Assembly: GCF_052425735.1 (NCBI RefSeq)
Contig: NC_135769.1
Span: 16,740,001 to 16,804,000, forward strand
From: Oculina patagonica
Taxonomy: Eukaryota
Length of the DNA: 64,000 bases
Direction of reading: 5' to 3'
Shown here: positions 43,391 to 56,061 of the stretch, piece by piece
Layout: every line of letters starts with the position of its first letter
Numbering within the stretch: position 1 is the first letter of the stretch
The notes under the pieces: generated by a model
What the model saw: the letters and a program-made list of their open reading frames with translations, nothing else
What the model was told of the DNA's origin: nothing
Database searches by the model: none
Program-made: the position numbers and the translations under genes

Positions 43391-43818
43391 ATAAACGGCA
43401 GGGACAGGGGAAGAATAAACCAACTTTTACAAGAAAAAGAACAAAAATCAAACAGAAGTACGTTTTAATCAGGTATGATTACCAGCCGCTGTTCGGAAAA
43501 TGAGCCCAGGAGTAAAGACCGGTCTCGAGAAAGCGGCAGAAATCGAGTCTGCAACATTCAAAAGTTTCAGATGTTTGTTTAACCAGGGGACAGGAGTGCT
43601 TCCTGTTTTGTCGCGAGTCACGCAATTCTTCTATCAATCAACCATATGATACGTGATTTACGTCAAATTCAAATATCGTGAGAAACAATGGAATATGTTA
43701 CTTTTTGTTATGGCCCACAGACCGTATTGTTTTTAAACAATAGAAATTGATTAATATTCATCTCAAGTGATCGCGCGGAAAACACGGAAAATTAGAGACC
43801 ACAAAAACGTCACGCAAT

Positions 43819-46800
43819 ATGGTAATATCGTTGCTGATTCGTTTTCTCTTGCTTCTAAGCTTGGAAATCATGGCAGAAGGGAAAGATGAGTTTTTCTATG
43901 GCGAATTTCCCGAAGATTTCATGTGGGGAACATCGACCTCAGCGTATCAAGTGGAAGGCGGCTGGGATGCGGACGGTAAGGGGCCTAGCATCTGGGATAA
44001 ATTCACTCAGGCAGGCGGTAATTCTTACATGAATCAAACAGGCGATGTAGCTTGCGATTCCTACCACAAAACTGACGAAGATGTCAAGCTACTGAAAAAC
44101 CTCGGGGTAGGGTATTACAGGTTTTCAATCTCCTGGTCTAGAGTTTTGCCGAAAGGAACGCTTGACGAGGTGAATCAGGCTGGGGTGAAATACTACAACG
44201 ACTTGATCGACTCGCTGCTAGAAACCGGAATCACTCCGATGGTCGCTCTATACCACTTTGATCTGCCCCAGGCGTTGCAAGACAAGTACGATGGCTGGTT
44301 GAATCCTGTAATAGCAGACATTTTCAACGAATACGCCAAGTTTTGTTTCGAAACGTTCGGTGACCGAGTCAAGTGGTGGATTACAATAAACGAGCCTTGG
44401 GAGGCAGCTCTGTTAGGTCACGGATTCGGCTTAACACCTCCAGGCAAGAAAGATCTTAGCACAGCCACATACAAAGGTAACTGACCGCAGACGCAAATAT
44501 TTAATAAATAATTCTTTGTATTCATAGAAAGAAGTGTGGGTTTAGAAATACGGAATGGACTTAAAAGTTAAATGTGTGAAGCTTCTACAAACAAAACAGC
44601 AAAACAAACATTCAAAAGAGGACGGGGCCAGTAACAATTTAGAATGGTAAAATTTAGAATTTTATAGCACCGTAAAATGCCGATATAGCTCCCCCCCCCC
44701 CCCCCCCCCCCCATCCTCCATCCCTCCCCCGGCCCATCTGTCTACTAACATTCTGGTTATCAGCGCCTCAGGATATAGGGCGCTGTTTGCTGACGTCATT
44801 GTTTACATTTTGCCTTGTTAGCATACGACTTTGCGTACAGAAGGCATCATGCTTTATACAATTTGACTCCAGACGTTTACAGAGCTTGTGAAACTTGATT
44901 ATCGGCAATTTAGCAATTTAGAATTTTAACAATTTAGAATGGTAAAATTTAGAATTTTATAGCACCGTAAAATGCCGATATAGCTCCCCCCCCCCCCCCC
45001 CCCATCCTCCATCCCTCCCCCGGCCCATCTGTCTACTAACATTCTGGTTATCAGCGCCTCAGGATATAGGGCGCTGTTTGCTGACGTCATTGTTTACATT
45101 TTGCCTTGTTAGCATACGACTTTGCGTACAGAAGGCATCATGCTTTATACAATTTGACTCCAGACGTTTACAGAGCTTGTGAAACTTGATTATCGGCAAA
45201 ATTTAGCTTCAAAAAACCTGCAAAATCTCTGGATGGTAAAAGTGAAAGTGAGCCCACACATTCTTTGTAAAATTTTGAGTTTTCAAACCCGCGTCACAGA
45301 AAAAAGAATTTAATATATCAGGCTCAAATTTAATGCGAAGGCCGTTATCGTGCCATGTTCTTTCGATATTCAGAATAGAAATTTTTGTAGCTTGATCAAA
45401 AACTAAATTGCTTATGCTAATGAGGCAATTTATTATAAACAAGATTTCCCTACATAAGCCCACCCAGAATAGGGTTTCTGGCCCTCCCCACTCCAACTTA
45501 TAATTTTCCATATTACAGTGGAACCTCGAAATAACGAAGGGCCAAGGGACTGGCAAAATATGTGCGCTATAACGAGATTTCGTGATATCGAGGTTCTTTT
45601 CCATATATTTTACTATTACTGGGGCGCAGAATGAGGTTTAGCTTCCCCAAACACATTTGCTTCAAATCGACTTCTTTTTTTGCTAGTTGCCTATGTAATG
45701 CTTCTTGCTCATGCCAAGGCATGGCATACCTACGATCAAGTTTTCCGCGCCTCACAGCAAGGCAAAGTATCCATAATCCTCAATGTGCACTGGGGAGAGC
45801 CCAAGTCTGACACGCAAGCTGACAAAGAAGCCGCTGTCCGCAGCATAGAATGGTGGCTCGGGTGGTTTGCTCATCCAGTATTTGTCAACGGAGACTGGCC
45901 TGACGTCATGAAGAAAACCGTGAAGGAGAAAAGCGAGGCTAAAGGAATTCCCAATAGGTAGGAATGATTTAAAAACTTCGAGATGTTATATAAACTGTGT
46001 GAGTCCGTCCGCGCTTTCCGACGGCAGCCCGGACCCAAACTGAAAGTAGTTTTGTTCACTTTGGTTTTGCATTCGCTAAGACGGTTAATTAACATGATTG
46101 GTAAGAAAAATTCATGCCACGTGGTTTAACTACATCAAAGCAGACATGCTGTCTTTTCAACCAATCAAAGCAAAAACAAAAATTGATTTGCCAGACGCGC
46201 GTTCTTCCGCGCTTTTCTCCTATTGCATGCCTTTCCTTTAGTTCTCATTGCTTTATTGTGTTAGTTGCATTTGCTTTGATCGGCCCGGTGTGATCACTTT
46301 GGCTTTGGTTTTACGACATTCACTTAAAAAATCGTTCAATTTCTCCTTATAAAAATCGGACCGTTGGAAAGTGGGATAAACTCAGGCAGTGTAGGCTAGT
46401 CTGAATGGCCCGAATAGGACTCGAAAATTTATTAGCTTCGTCAACAATTACTTTTTTTGATTAGTTATAAGCTCTGCAAAAATATAATGATATCTTTTGG
46501 TTGGAGCCCTTAACTCCCGCTTGCCAACACATGCAGTGGTCCTCTACACAAATTTAACGCAGTATGGTATTTCATTCTGCCAGACTTCCAGAAATAAGTG
46601 AGCCAGAGAAGCAGCTGATCCAAGGAACAGCGGATTTTTTCGCTCTGAACATGTACAGCGCCTTCCTCATTGAACATCAGGAATTCCCAGCCGAGGTTGA
46701 GTGGAACTACATGACTGATCAACAAATGAAAACCTCTGCTCACCCGACCTGGCAGCGAGGTAATATAATTCAACTCTTGATACTGAGGGTTCGTGCTGTG

Positions 46801-49137
46801 GTAGCATAGTTTGGGAGTGAAAAAGAGCTTTTTGTTTAAGCTCAAAATAATTTGATGCAGTTAAATCGGCCCTTTTCAACATGAAATGGATAACGCAGTA
46901 TTTAGGTGTCACCAATACACAAATGTACTGCCTAATTCTTACTATTTGGGTTCGAGAGCCGAATTTCGCGAGTATTAATTTTTGCGATTGCAAAAAAAAT
47001 TAGAGAAAAAGTTTATTAAATTTCGCAATTTTGTCAGTGTTTTATGGATCAGTCGTCGAAGACTAAGGAATTACTGGAAATACACATAGGTCTGGCTCAA
47101 TGTAACTACAAGGAGTCTGCAAACGAAAACTTTAGTGATTGTACTAAAGAGGTTTTGAACCAATTTACAAGCTCGAAACAGTAATTAGAGAAAGGGTGCT
47201 AGTAAAAAACAAGACGGAAAGATATTTTTAAAGGTAGATAGTTGCAGAACCAAACATTTATTGTTCACTTCTGACATATAATTTGGTATTATTTTTCGCG
47301 TGTTTAAATTTCGCGCAATGTATTTTTCGCCCGTACTAAGGCCCGGTTCAAACGTCGAACTTTTCATGTGCCGAACCTAATACCTATTTGGGTCGACCCA
47401 AATAATTAAGTTCGGCAGTTGATTCAAACGTCGAACTTTTTCATGTGCCGAACTCATTCTGTGCCCAGAGAAAAACAAGGACTTCTCAAGTCGCACACTT
47501 TATAAAATGAACAAGAACACCGTTCAGTGGGAGAGCATATCCCTTTGTGGTTTAAAATAAAATAAAAAACAGCAGTTTTTAAAGTACAGTTGCCAGGCTT
47601 TGGTCAAATGTCTTTAGCATCAGCCAGTTCTGTAATTTAACTACTACCTTTAGTTTTCAGTCTTGTTTTTTGTTTCCTTCCATTTTAGAGGTATATTCAA
47701 AAACCAAAAACGAAACAGGATACGAATGCAATCGAGTAACAGCTAGAGTTTGTGCGTTGGAAGGCAGTCATGATTATTTTGCGGTCCAGAGCGTTACGTG
47801 GCGCCTTAAATTTTATGCATGACCGCGTTCATGACCACTCACTAGCCAATCACAAACCCTCTTATATTTACAAATACGTTAGCGTAATTTATGCATTAGA
47901 TTCGGCACATGTAATGTGCGACGTCTGAATCAGTGTCGAACTTTTGCCGTTCTATCCGACTGGGCCTGACCGAATACAAATCTGTCGAGCCTAATTGATT
48001 CAAACGTCGAACTTTACATGTGCCGAACCTAATTCAGCTAATTATTAGATTCGGCACATGAAAAGTTCGACGTTTGAACCGGGCCTAAGTTTCGCGATTA
48101 TTTTAAAATCGCGAAAATTAGTAAGAATAAGGTAACAAAGCTGTAGGAACATGTGACTTTGCATTGAACCAAAAGCGAGACAATTACTTGGGTTTGGTAC
48201 TGTCATTTTCCTACCACGACATTTTTTTTGGTATTTTTTAACAATAGTCAGTCGGTTGAAAAATATCTTTTGATTAGAGTATTCTCCGGAAGTTGACTGA
48301 GCCGTAATTACCCCCACCACCCACCCAACCCCTCTCTCGCCGAAAATTAACCCTACAGAAAAGCTTTTGAACATAAATAAGCCTCGGGTTTTACAATTAT
48401 TATGTGAGGCGCAGTGGCCTTATGGTTAGCGCGCTGGACCCCCTGGTCGGGGTCGCTGTGTTGAGTTCTTGGGCAAGACACTTTACTCTTACAGTGCCTT
48501 AAATGGGTACCGGCGGAAAATGCTGGGGGGAGGGTACCCTGCGATGAACGAGCATCTCATCCTAGGGGGAGTAGAAACATTCCTAGGCGTTTAATGCTAT
48601 CGAAACCAGGATAAGCTCCGGCAGTATGGGCCACTTGGCTCGAGGCTTTCCCTTTTTTACGGTAATTGAGTTTCTTATACTGGCATGTCCCAATGATTTC
48701 GTCCTTCACCAGGTGCCAATGTGTGGCTTTTCAATACGCCCTGGGCCTTGCGCAAGCTACTGAATTGGGTCAAAGAACATTACAATGACCCCGACATCAT
48801 CATAACAGAAAATGGCTTTGCTATTGATGGTGAAGACGGTTTAACTGGCGAAGCCGCTTTGAACGACACGCAACGAGTGGAATACCTGACCTCATATGTA
48901 AACGAAGCATTGAAAGCAATCCATTTGGATGGTGTTCGAGTTAAAGGCTACTTTCTTTGGTCTTTCCTGGATAATATGGAGTGGATGGAAGGATATCGCA
49001 TCAGATTTGGGATTCACCGAGTCGATTTTAACGATCCCAATCGGCCACGCACGCCAAAGAGGTCCGCAGAGGCGTACAAAGAAATTATTCGCAATAATGG
49101 ATTTCCAAGAAAATCCAAGGACAAATCGGAGTTGTAA
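43819..49137 (+). CDS. GH1 beta-glucosidase B, ~509 aa. Exons 43819-44476, 45687-45957, 46584-46759, 48713-49137.
   Basis: Signal-like N-terminus, FPEDFMWGTSTSAYQVEGGW, TINEP, ITENG, WSFLDNMEW. Phases are consistent (1530 nt). The protein ends KSEL*. Confidence 0.92.
44633..45198. repeat. Near-identical tandem duplication (~295-bp period)
   Basis: 44633-44908 and 44928-45198 are essentially identical apart from poly-C length. Confidence 0.9.
47340..48085. mobile_element. PIF/Harbinger-type MITE
   Basis: ~40-bp TIR GGCCCGGTTCAAACGTCGAACTTTTCATGTGCCGAA with TAA TSD and internal repeats of the TIR core. Confidence 0.88.
48405..48660 (+). mobile_element. tRNA-derived SINE
   Basis: Homologous to 49757-50030. 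Confidence 0.75.
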
Positions 49138-49756
49138 TAGCCATAAACTGGTCAAAGAATACTCTGTAGCCTATAGTTAGCCTCGATAAACCGTGAGAGG
49201 AAATATTTCCGATGTAGCGTTCATAGTTCAACGAATTCACTGTATCGAGACTGCAATGTTACACGTTATGCCACTCATTATTGTATAAAAGTGCAACAAA
49301 ACCCTGAAATAAAACAAAACCTCAGTTTAAATCCAGAAGGGACAACAAATGTCTAATGTCAAATGTCTTAAATAGACATTTAGAAAGGGATTAGATTAAT
49401 CTATTGGCCTATTGCCATGTGTCTCGGATGTAAACCCTGTCATACAAATCTATTACAATGACAAAACCATCAAACACAAGAATAGTTACATGGAATTTTA
49501 GCCAAGAGAGTGGATTTTCGTTTTGTTTTTTCGTTTAAAAATGACATTCAATGTACCATTCCTCATTCTCGATATCAGTTTCAACACCAACAAACAGCCA
49601 TCATTTTATTGACTGACCCTTTTTCCTCCCTCTGTTCCTCGCCATAGTCTTTATGTTTTAAAGGTGACTATATAATAGTATGGATTAGATTTATGGCGCA
49701 TTTTGATTGGCTTAAAGATCTCGTTATATTATAGTCTAACACATAGCTTTAGCGGG

Positions 49757-50030
49757 GAGGTGCGGTGGCCTAACGGTTAGCGCGCTCGACTCTGAGTCGA
49801 ACGGCCCGGGTTCGAGCCCTGGCCGGGGCGCTGCGTTGTGTTCTTGCCTCTCTCCACCCAGGTGTATAAATGGGTACCGGCTAATTTACTGCTGGGGGGT
49901 AATCCCTGCGATGGACTAGCATCCCATCCAGGGGGTAGTAGCAATACCCTCAGTCGCTTAATGCTACGGAAACCGGGATAAGCTCCGGCTGTATGGGCCA
50001 CTTAGCTCGGACACAGACTTTACCTTTTTT
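49757..50030 (+). mobile_element. tRNA-derived SINE, near full length
   Basis: Pol III A-box-like TGGCCTAACGG and B-box GGTTCGAGCC, conserved core CTCTCCACCCAGGTGTATAAATGGGTACC, 3' CTTTACCTTTT tail. Confidence 0.85.
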
Positions 50031-50083
50031 TACCATAGCTTTAGCATCTTTTAATTATTTGTTGAGGGCTTTGTTGAGCAAAA

Positions 50084-50223
50084 TACACGGATCCAGAGTT
50101 TCAGACTTTCGGTCCAAAATTCAAAAGAAAAGTGAGTACTCATTAAGTCAGGCTGTTGTGTTTTGCGATGTTTCACTTTTCCTTTGAATTTGGACCGGAA
50201 GTCTGAAACTCTGGATCCGTGTA
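50084..50223. mobile_element. Small hairpin MITE, TA-flanked
   Basis: ~50-bp inverted repeat CACGGATCCAGAGTTTCAGACTT... Confidence 0.75.
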
Positions 50224-50990
50224 TATGAAGTGTTGACCGAAATTTAATTCAACTGATATTAGATTGATTTTAGTTTAAGTTAATAATACTTCGTCAGTTA
50301 AAATATCTGAGGTTGGATTGGATTGGCTGCATTTAAATGATTAAATTAATCCATCGAAATTTCTAAATCAAAACAAAAACTGATCGAAACCTCTCTCGGT
50401 TAACAGTAGGATAGTACCATGAGTCGGCTAAACAAAGCCAGCCGGCGGGGAGCAAGATGGTTCTCGTAACCCGAGCGGAACGCCCCAGTCGTTTTGTCTG
50501 CAAATGGACAAAATATTTTTTTCCACTTTAATTTGCCAACCTCAAAGTAACTTATGTACGAATTGCTTGCCTATGTTGACAAGGATGTCGAACCATTTTT
50601 GTTCCACAATGACCACAATGTGTTTCGTCTCGGTGTTTCCGTTTTTCGCTATTATGTAAGTAATGCCTATTTTAGGGATAGAAACTGCTTTAAGCGTGTA
50701 GATGATCACGTTTCTAGTTTCTCGTTTTGTTCCTTTCTTCGCTGGCCTATCACATGACCTATTCTTTTATATTGCAAAGCCTTCTAGGCATTGTTATGTT
50801 AATCTGATCCAGAATGTTTTTTGTTGTTGAGTACGCATATTTTGGTCACGCGAACATACTATTATATAGAATGCAAATAGTCAATTGCGTTTTGTTATCT
50901 AACACAATTGAAATGACTCTTTCTTCGCTTGGTCTTCATGGATTGATCAGTCGCCGCGGCAAACTATAGAGAACGCCAGCTGAAATTACT

Positions 50991-51947
50991 ATGATTGTGT
51001 CGCCATTAGTCTTCTGCTGTGGAGTGCTCTTCAACCTTTATGTTGCGTTTTACTGCTTACAGTGCACAAGATGGCGGTCTTCAAACAACCTCAAATATTT
51101 TATCGTGTTCCAAACTGTTGTCAACACCGGGAACCTGTTCGCACATCTAATTTTGCTGCTTCGTGATGAGTATAATCCTGTTAACGACATTACGAGAATT
51201 GGCGATCACGCCATCTGTGATATCCTACCGAATATCACAGCTTGTTTCATGTCATTATCCGTGTTTAACCTCACGGCCTTTGTTGTGGTCCGATATTTGA
51301 GGAACGAACGGCGATGGACATTTTCTGCCGTTAAAATAATTCTAACACTACTAGGAATCATGGTGTCAACTGCACTTCTTTTATCACCGGCCTTAAACTA
51401 CTTGTATCATGAAATGCCCGTTCTCAAGTGCAACGGCTGCTACTGCCCATCGCCGGGAGTGAGCTGGGAGGCTAATTTCGATGTGTGGCTTTACGGTTAT
51501 ATGGTGATCTTGCTGCAGTTCGTTGTGCCAGCGATAATACTCTCGACTGCGATGCTAAGAGGCCTTGCAAGACACTTAGAAGAAACCCGAGCAGCAAGCG
51601 AAGGATGTTGCAAATGCGGGTTGAAGAAAACGAACATTCTTACGTTAGCGATATGTCTTTTTATATCGTTTGTTCTGCCGGTGAGAGGAATTCGCTTCGT
51701 GACGGGGGAACACTTTTTCCCGAACAATGTGTCGTTCGTTGAGATTGAACTCCTAAACTCGGTGTTCTATGTTATGGAAGTTTCCTGGGCCGCGGTAACA
51801 GCTATGTTACCTGTTTGTCTAAAGAGCCTGACGGACGATGAAATATCCGGGGCACTGAAAAAGGAAAATACGGATACAAGCCGAGTGAAATCTTCCCAAG
51901 CAAAAACCTACTGCGAAACTTTGGCGGAGTTAGAGCTGTGGGAGTAA
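50991..51947 (+). CDS. Divergent single-exon 7TM (rhodopsin-like GPCR-related) protein, 318 aa
   Basis: About seven hydrophobic segments, Cys at the top of TM3 (AICDIL), VVRY in place of DRY, QFVVP in TM5, FVLP in TM6. No NPxxY motif. Confidence 0.65.
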   Translation: MIVSPLVFCCGVLFNLYVAFYCLQCTRWRSSNNLKYFIVFQTVVNTGNLFAHLILLLRDEYNPVNDITRIGDHAICDILPNITACFMSLSVFNLTAFVVVRYLRNERRWTFSAVKIILTLLGIMVSTALLLSPALNYLYHEMPVLKCNGCYCPSPGVSWEANFDVWLYGYMVILLQFVVPAIILSTAMLRGLARHLEETRAASEGCCKCGLKKTNILTLAICLFISFVLPVRGIRFVTGEHFFPNNVSFVEIELLNSVFYVMEVSWAAVTAMLPVCLKSLTDDEISGALKKENTDTSRVKSSQAKTYCETLAELELWE

Positions 51948-52519
51948 TATGTTTAAATGGAACAGCGGAAGGATCAAAATAATTAGGTAATTTTAACACG
52001 AATTGTAAATAAGTGTTATAAGTTAAACGAGGTCACGAAAAACCGCAGTTATTTATAAATATTTTAAAATAAATGAACGGCGGATAGAATGTTTTGATAT
52101 CGAACAATAGCTATACACCTTTTAATCTTGGTATGTAAATTGCCCATTTCAGATCGATATCGTGTGATGTTCTCTCGATAATTTTCTCTTTATCTGTCTG
52201 AAAATTTTTCAATCATTTCGACGTGCAGTTTGTTTAAATTTGAAAGAAATGATTATTCAAGGTGACATCACATTATCTGAAATGGGACAATAAACAAACC
52301 GAACAACAAAGGTCTGTTGGCCCTCGGAGATTTTAATGTATTGTATTAAAGCAATTGTTTAAGGGACTGTTTATGTTTATACGTAGACAGATGAGGCTTA
52401 AGAGGAATCACTAGGAAGTGGTATTTTTTGTTGGTTTGTTTTATTTTGTTTTTTCTTTAAAATATATTTTTTTAATAGCTTCATGTTTATTTATTAAGCC
52501 ATCTTGGCAGGAATTAATT

Positions 52520-52800
52520 CATTTTCGTCCCCAGAGCCGCCTGACCCCCTTAGCCGGCGGGGCCTTTGCACGAGGAAAAGATGGCTTTGGCAACACTTGG
52601 TTTGATTGTCTAGATTGCAACAAAGGGAATTTAAAATCTAGCCAATCAAATCGACCAATTTAAAATCCTTTTTTATAATATTGTTCAAGACGGTTGATTT
52701 AAAATCTAGCCAATCAAATCATGTGTCCCCAGAGCCACCTGCTCTTCGTGCAAAGGCCCTGTCGGCTAACAGGGACAAGCGGCTCTGAGGACAAGAATAG
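52520..52800. repeat. Palindromic interspersed repeat (MITE-like)
   Basis: GTCCCCAGAGCCGC...TTAGCCG.C.GGGCCTTTGCACGA with an inverted copy ending GCGGCTCTGAGGACAAGAAT. Confidence 0.65.
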
Positions 52801-53152
52801 GATTGAAACCATTTTTGTCCCCAGTCTTTTTGGTCTAGTGCTGACCAAAAGGATCGCGGCCTCTGGGAAGGAGATGAATTTCCGGCATTTTTATACAGTC
52901 GAACCTCCAATATATAAACGGCCAGCAGAATGTTTCGTCCCAACCGTGCAACGATCCTTACACTTTGTAGATTGTTCAGAGCCCTTTATTGCTTCGTATG
53001 TTTCGATTATTAAACGGGGGAGAAGAATCGCGAGAGAACTGGACGCCAGCACAAAACCACGCCACTATAGGACTTTTGCTCTCGCCGCTGTTTCTCTCTT
53101 GTTCTTTTGCGTTGAGAAATTGACGTTATGAGTCCATACAGTCGACTCTTAT

Positions 53153-53325
53153 TACAGCAAGGCGCCCAAAAGTGTGACCACTTTTAATTTATTCACATTT
53201 TTCCGTGCAGATTTAATCCAATCAGAAGTCAACTGGGAGCTGTCCTTGGCTTCTGATTGGATGGTGGTTGCACGAAAGAATGTGAATTAATTAAAGGTGG
53301 TCACACTTTTGGGCGCCTTGCTGTA
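53153..53325. mobile_element. TA-flanked MITE (Tc1/mariner-like)
   Basis: TIR CAGCAAGGCGCCCAAAAGTGTGACCAC. Confidence 0.82.
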
Positions 53326-56061
53326 AAACTTTTCTTACAATGGCCAATTCATTCTGCTCCATGTTGGCCGTTGGAGAGGGGTTCCACATTACCTCCAAAT
53401 TTATCGCTCGCGGCCAAATTGCCCACACATAGTGGAATCGATTCATCGACAGTTCTGAGTTGTTGTAACTTATTCTAACTTAGTTGAATAGTTTGAGCAA
53501 CAAATCTTAAGGCTAGATGGAGCAAATTACAAAAGACATGCGTTTTTTGAACACTTAATTGGACTAAAGGCAGCACCGCTTGTAAAAACAGCCAGACCAT
53601 TCGGGCTATGGAGAGTTGCTGTTTATCCAAGCATACCGGGTGTATTGAAGTTTTTAGTTGTGCATATTTAAGTTGCAACTAGTTGCTAGTTTATTTTTAA
53701 AAGAAAAAACACTGAAAAAATACTTATATTTAAAATGTGTAAAAATGTAATGGTTAAGTGCTGCATTTACACATGTATTTTCACAAATACGAAAACGTAA
53801 TGTGCTTGCCACAAACCGGTTTCAACGTTTTTAAATAAGAGCTTGCCGACGATGTACAACTCCTAAGTTTGAGTTTGCAGAAAAAGATTTTAAATCATAA
53901 TAATCTCTTTGTTGTTAGTGCGGACTCCGCTATCGACCTTCCAAACAAATTTTAACCAATTATGTATTTTGATTACTACCGATAAAAAACATTATAATTT
54001 TGCCTCGTTGCGCTACATTTTACAACTGTTTACAACATGTATCCAAAATTGAATTCTCTCCTATGTTAATCCGTAAACGTTGTAAAAAGGAATGATGTAA
54101 TGGCATTGGAGATTAAAGGAGCAACAACGCATCTTGATAACATTGGCAACTTTTTTCAAGTTTGTCGATGATAAAACGTCTTAATCGTCGTCAGTCAAAA
54201 CCATCCTTTTCATTTTTTGCGTTTTTATTGCTCCTTTGTTGTTTTCCTATGTTAGAAAACTATTATTTTGAGGTTTCATTCAATTTGAAACTAATAAGAA
54301 AAAAATGACATAAAATATCGCGACTACTTTAATGACGCTGTGATATGCCATAGATTATTATTTTGGCCTACCAAATATACACAAGCATTTTTATCTTTTC
54401 ACATGGCGTGAGATACATTGCAGTGTCAAACCAATATAAGTTTTCGTATATTTTCGTTCTTGATATATTTACATTTAGTATATACTGGATATTCTGAAAA
54501 AAAGCAGTCGCCTTTTCTATTGAGTTTCTACCGGCATTTATCTGTACGACTCTGTCAATTTCCGCGGGAAAATATACTGAACATTAGAATATATGGCTTC
54601 ATGTTTTTTGTTAGCCTATTGCTAGTTATGTAGGGTTTTTTTTTCAATTAGCTTGAAAGATTTGTAAAAAGTTAACATTTTTAGTCTTTATCATGTAAAG
54701 CGCCTAGATCATTAATGTGTATGCGCTATAGTAATTTAATTATTATTAATGTTGCCCACAAATCTACAGCTTGCAAACTGGTTTAACATTGGTTTCCTAT
54801 TCAACTGTTCAAACTGAATTATATAAAAAAAAGAATAAACAAATAAATAAAATTAACTGAAAAACAAATACTAATGTTTTGTACCCCCGATTAGTTGTGC
54901 TAAGAAACTTTTACACTAAGTTATGTCTCGTATAATTTGTCTTGCACTTTTATTGCTGACTCGTCCCCAGTCGTCTTTTGAGTCCGTCGTGAGTCTAGGA
55001 GGAAATCATCCTTCGCGTCTTGCAATTTTCGCATAAGAGACGACTGGGGACTAGTCAGCTTTTATTGCGCATTGCGAGACAAGTTTCACGAAATGCAGTT
55101 GCTTAAGTGTAACACCGCCTAACTGAAAAGCATAAAAGAACTTTGTTGCAGCGTTGCTGCAAAAGCCCAACTTGCTGCAGCGAAAACTTTACACCCAAAG
55201 CTATTTTAGTGCAATGGAACCCGGTTAATTACCAACAAAAAAAATTAAAAATCTGGTTATTTTAATGGGGTGACCATGCTATTGCATAATGAACTTTAGT
55301 ATTCACAGGCTTACGATTTTCGATTTCCGCAAAATTAAAGCACTTCTGTATTACTTTGGCGTCGGGCGGAGTTATGATGATTGTTCTTTGTTTTTTCTCA
55401 TTTTGCCTAGCTAGGCAAATGAAAAATCTTTTAATTTTAAGATGAAGAATATATACCTTTCAGTTGCTACATGTAAAGTAGATTTTGAGCCTAACTGTGC
55501 TGACATTCAGAACGATGTTCAAAAAGGAAATAATGGTGGAATGTATGCAGATGTACATGTCTGTTCTTAGAGTCATTGCTTAGAAACACTATATATTAAT
55601 GAAAATTTTGCATTATTGTCAAACAGCCTTTTTAAAAGTTCATAGTTCTTTCACAATTCGTAATCGTAACCATCTCTGGAAAAACAATGTCATTGTACAA
55701 GATAAAGTTCCTATGCTTAACGCTGATGTGGTCCTCGATCTCTATTTCAATCACAACACATATTCAAGTCGACAGCAGCAATACAAACCAACGCATCAGA
55801 ACTACCGCGACACGGCTACTACGCGTACTCTTGCACCTGCGGCTGCAGTCTTAAAGTTACGGGCCACAGAAATCCCGATGCTGTGGAGCCGGTAGCTCGT
55901 GCAACCGCTACGTGCTTGCTTGAAACCCTGTTAATCCCTTGATAACACAAGGAACATAAAAGTCTTAATAAAGACTTGTTTCAATGTGTCATCCCTGGTT
56001 GGTTCTAAAGTTTGGTTGTATATAAACCTCTGATTTGCTTTTATTCCGTAATGGCTACTGA

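Noticed and set aside
49757-49830. tRNA gene
   Set aside because: The A/B boxes continue into a multi-copy SINE body, and there is no clean cloverleaf.
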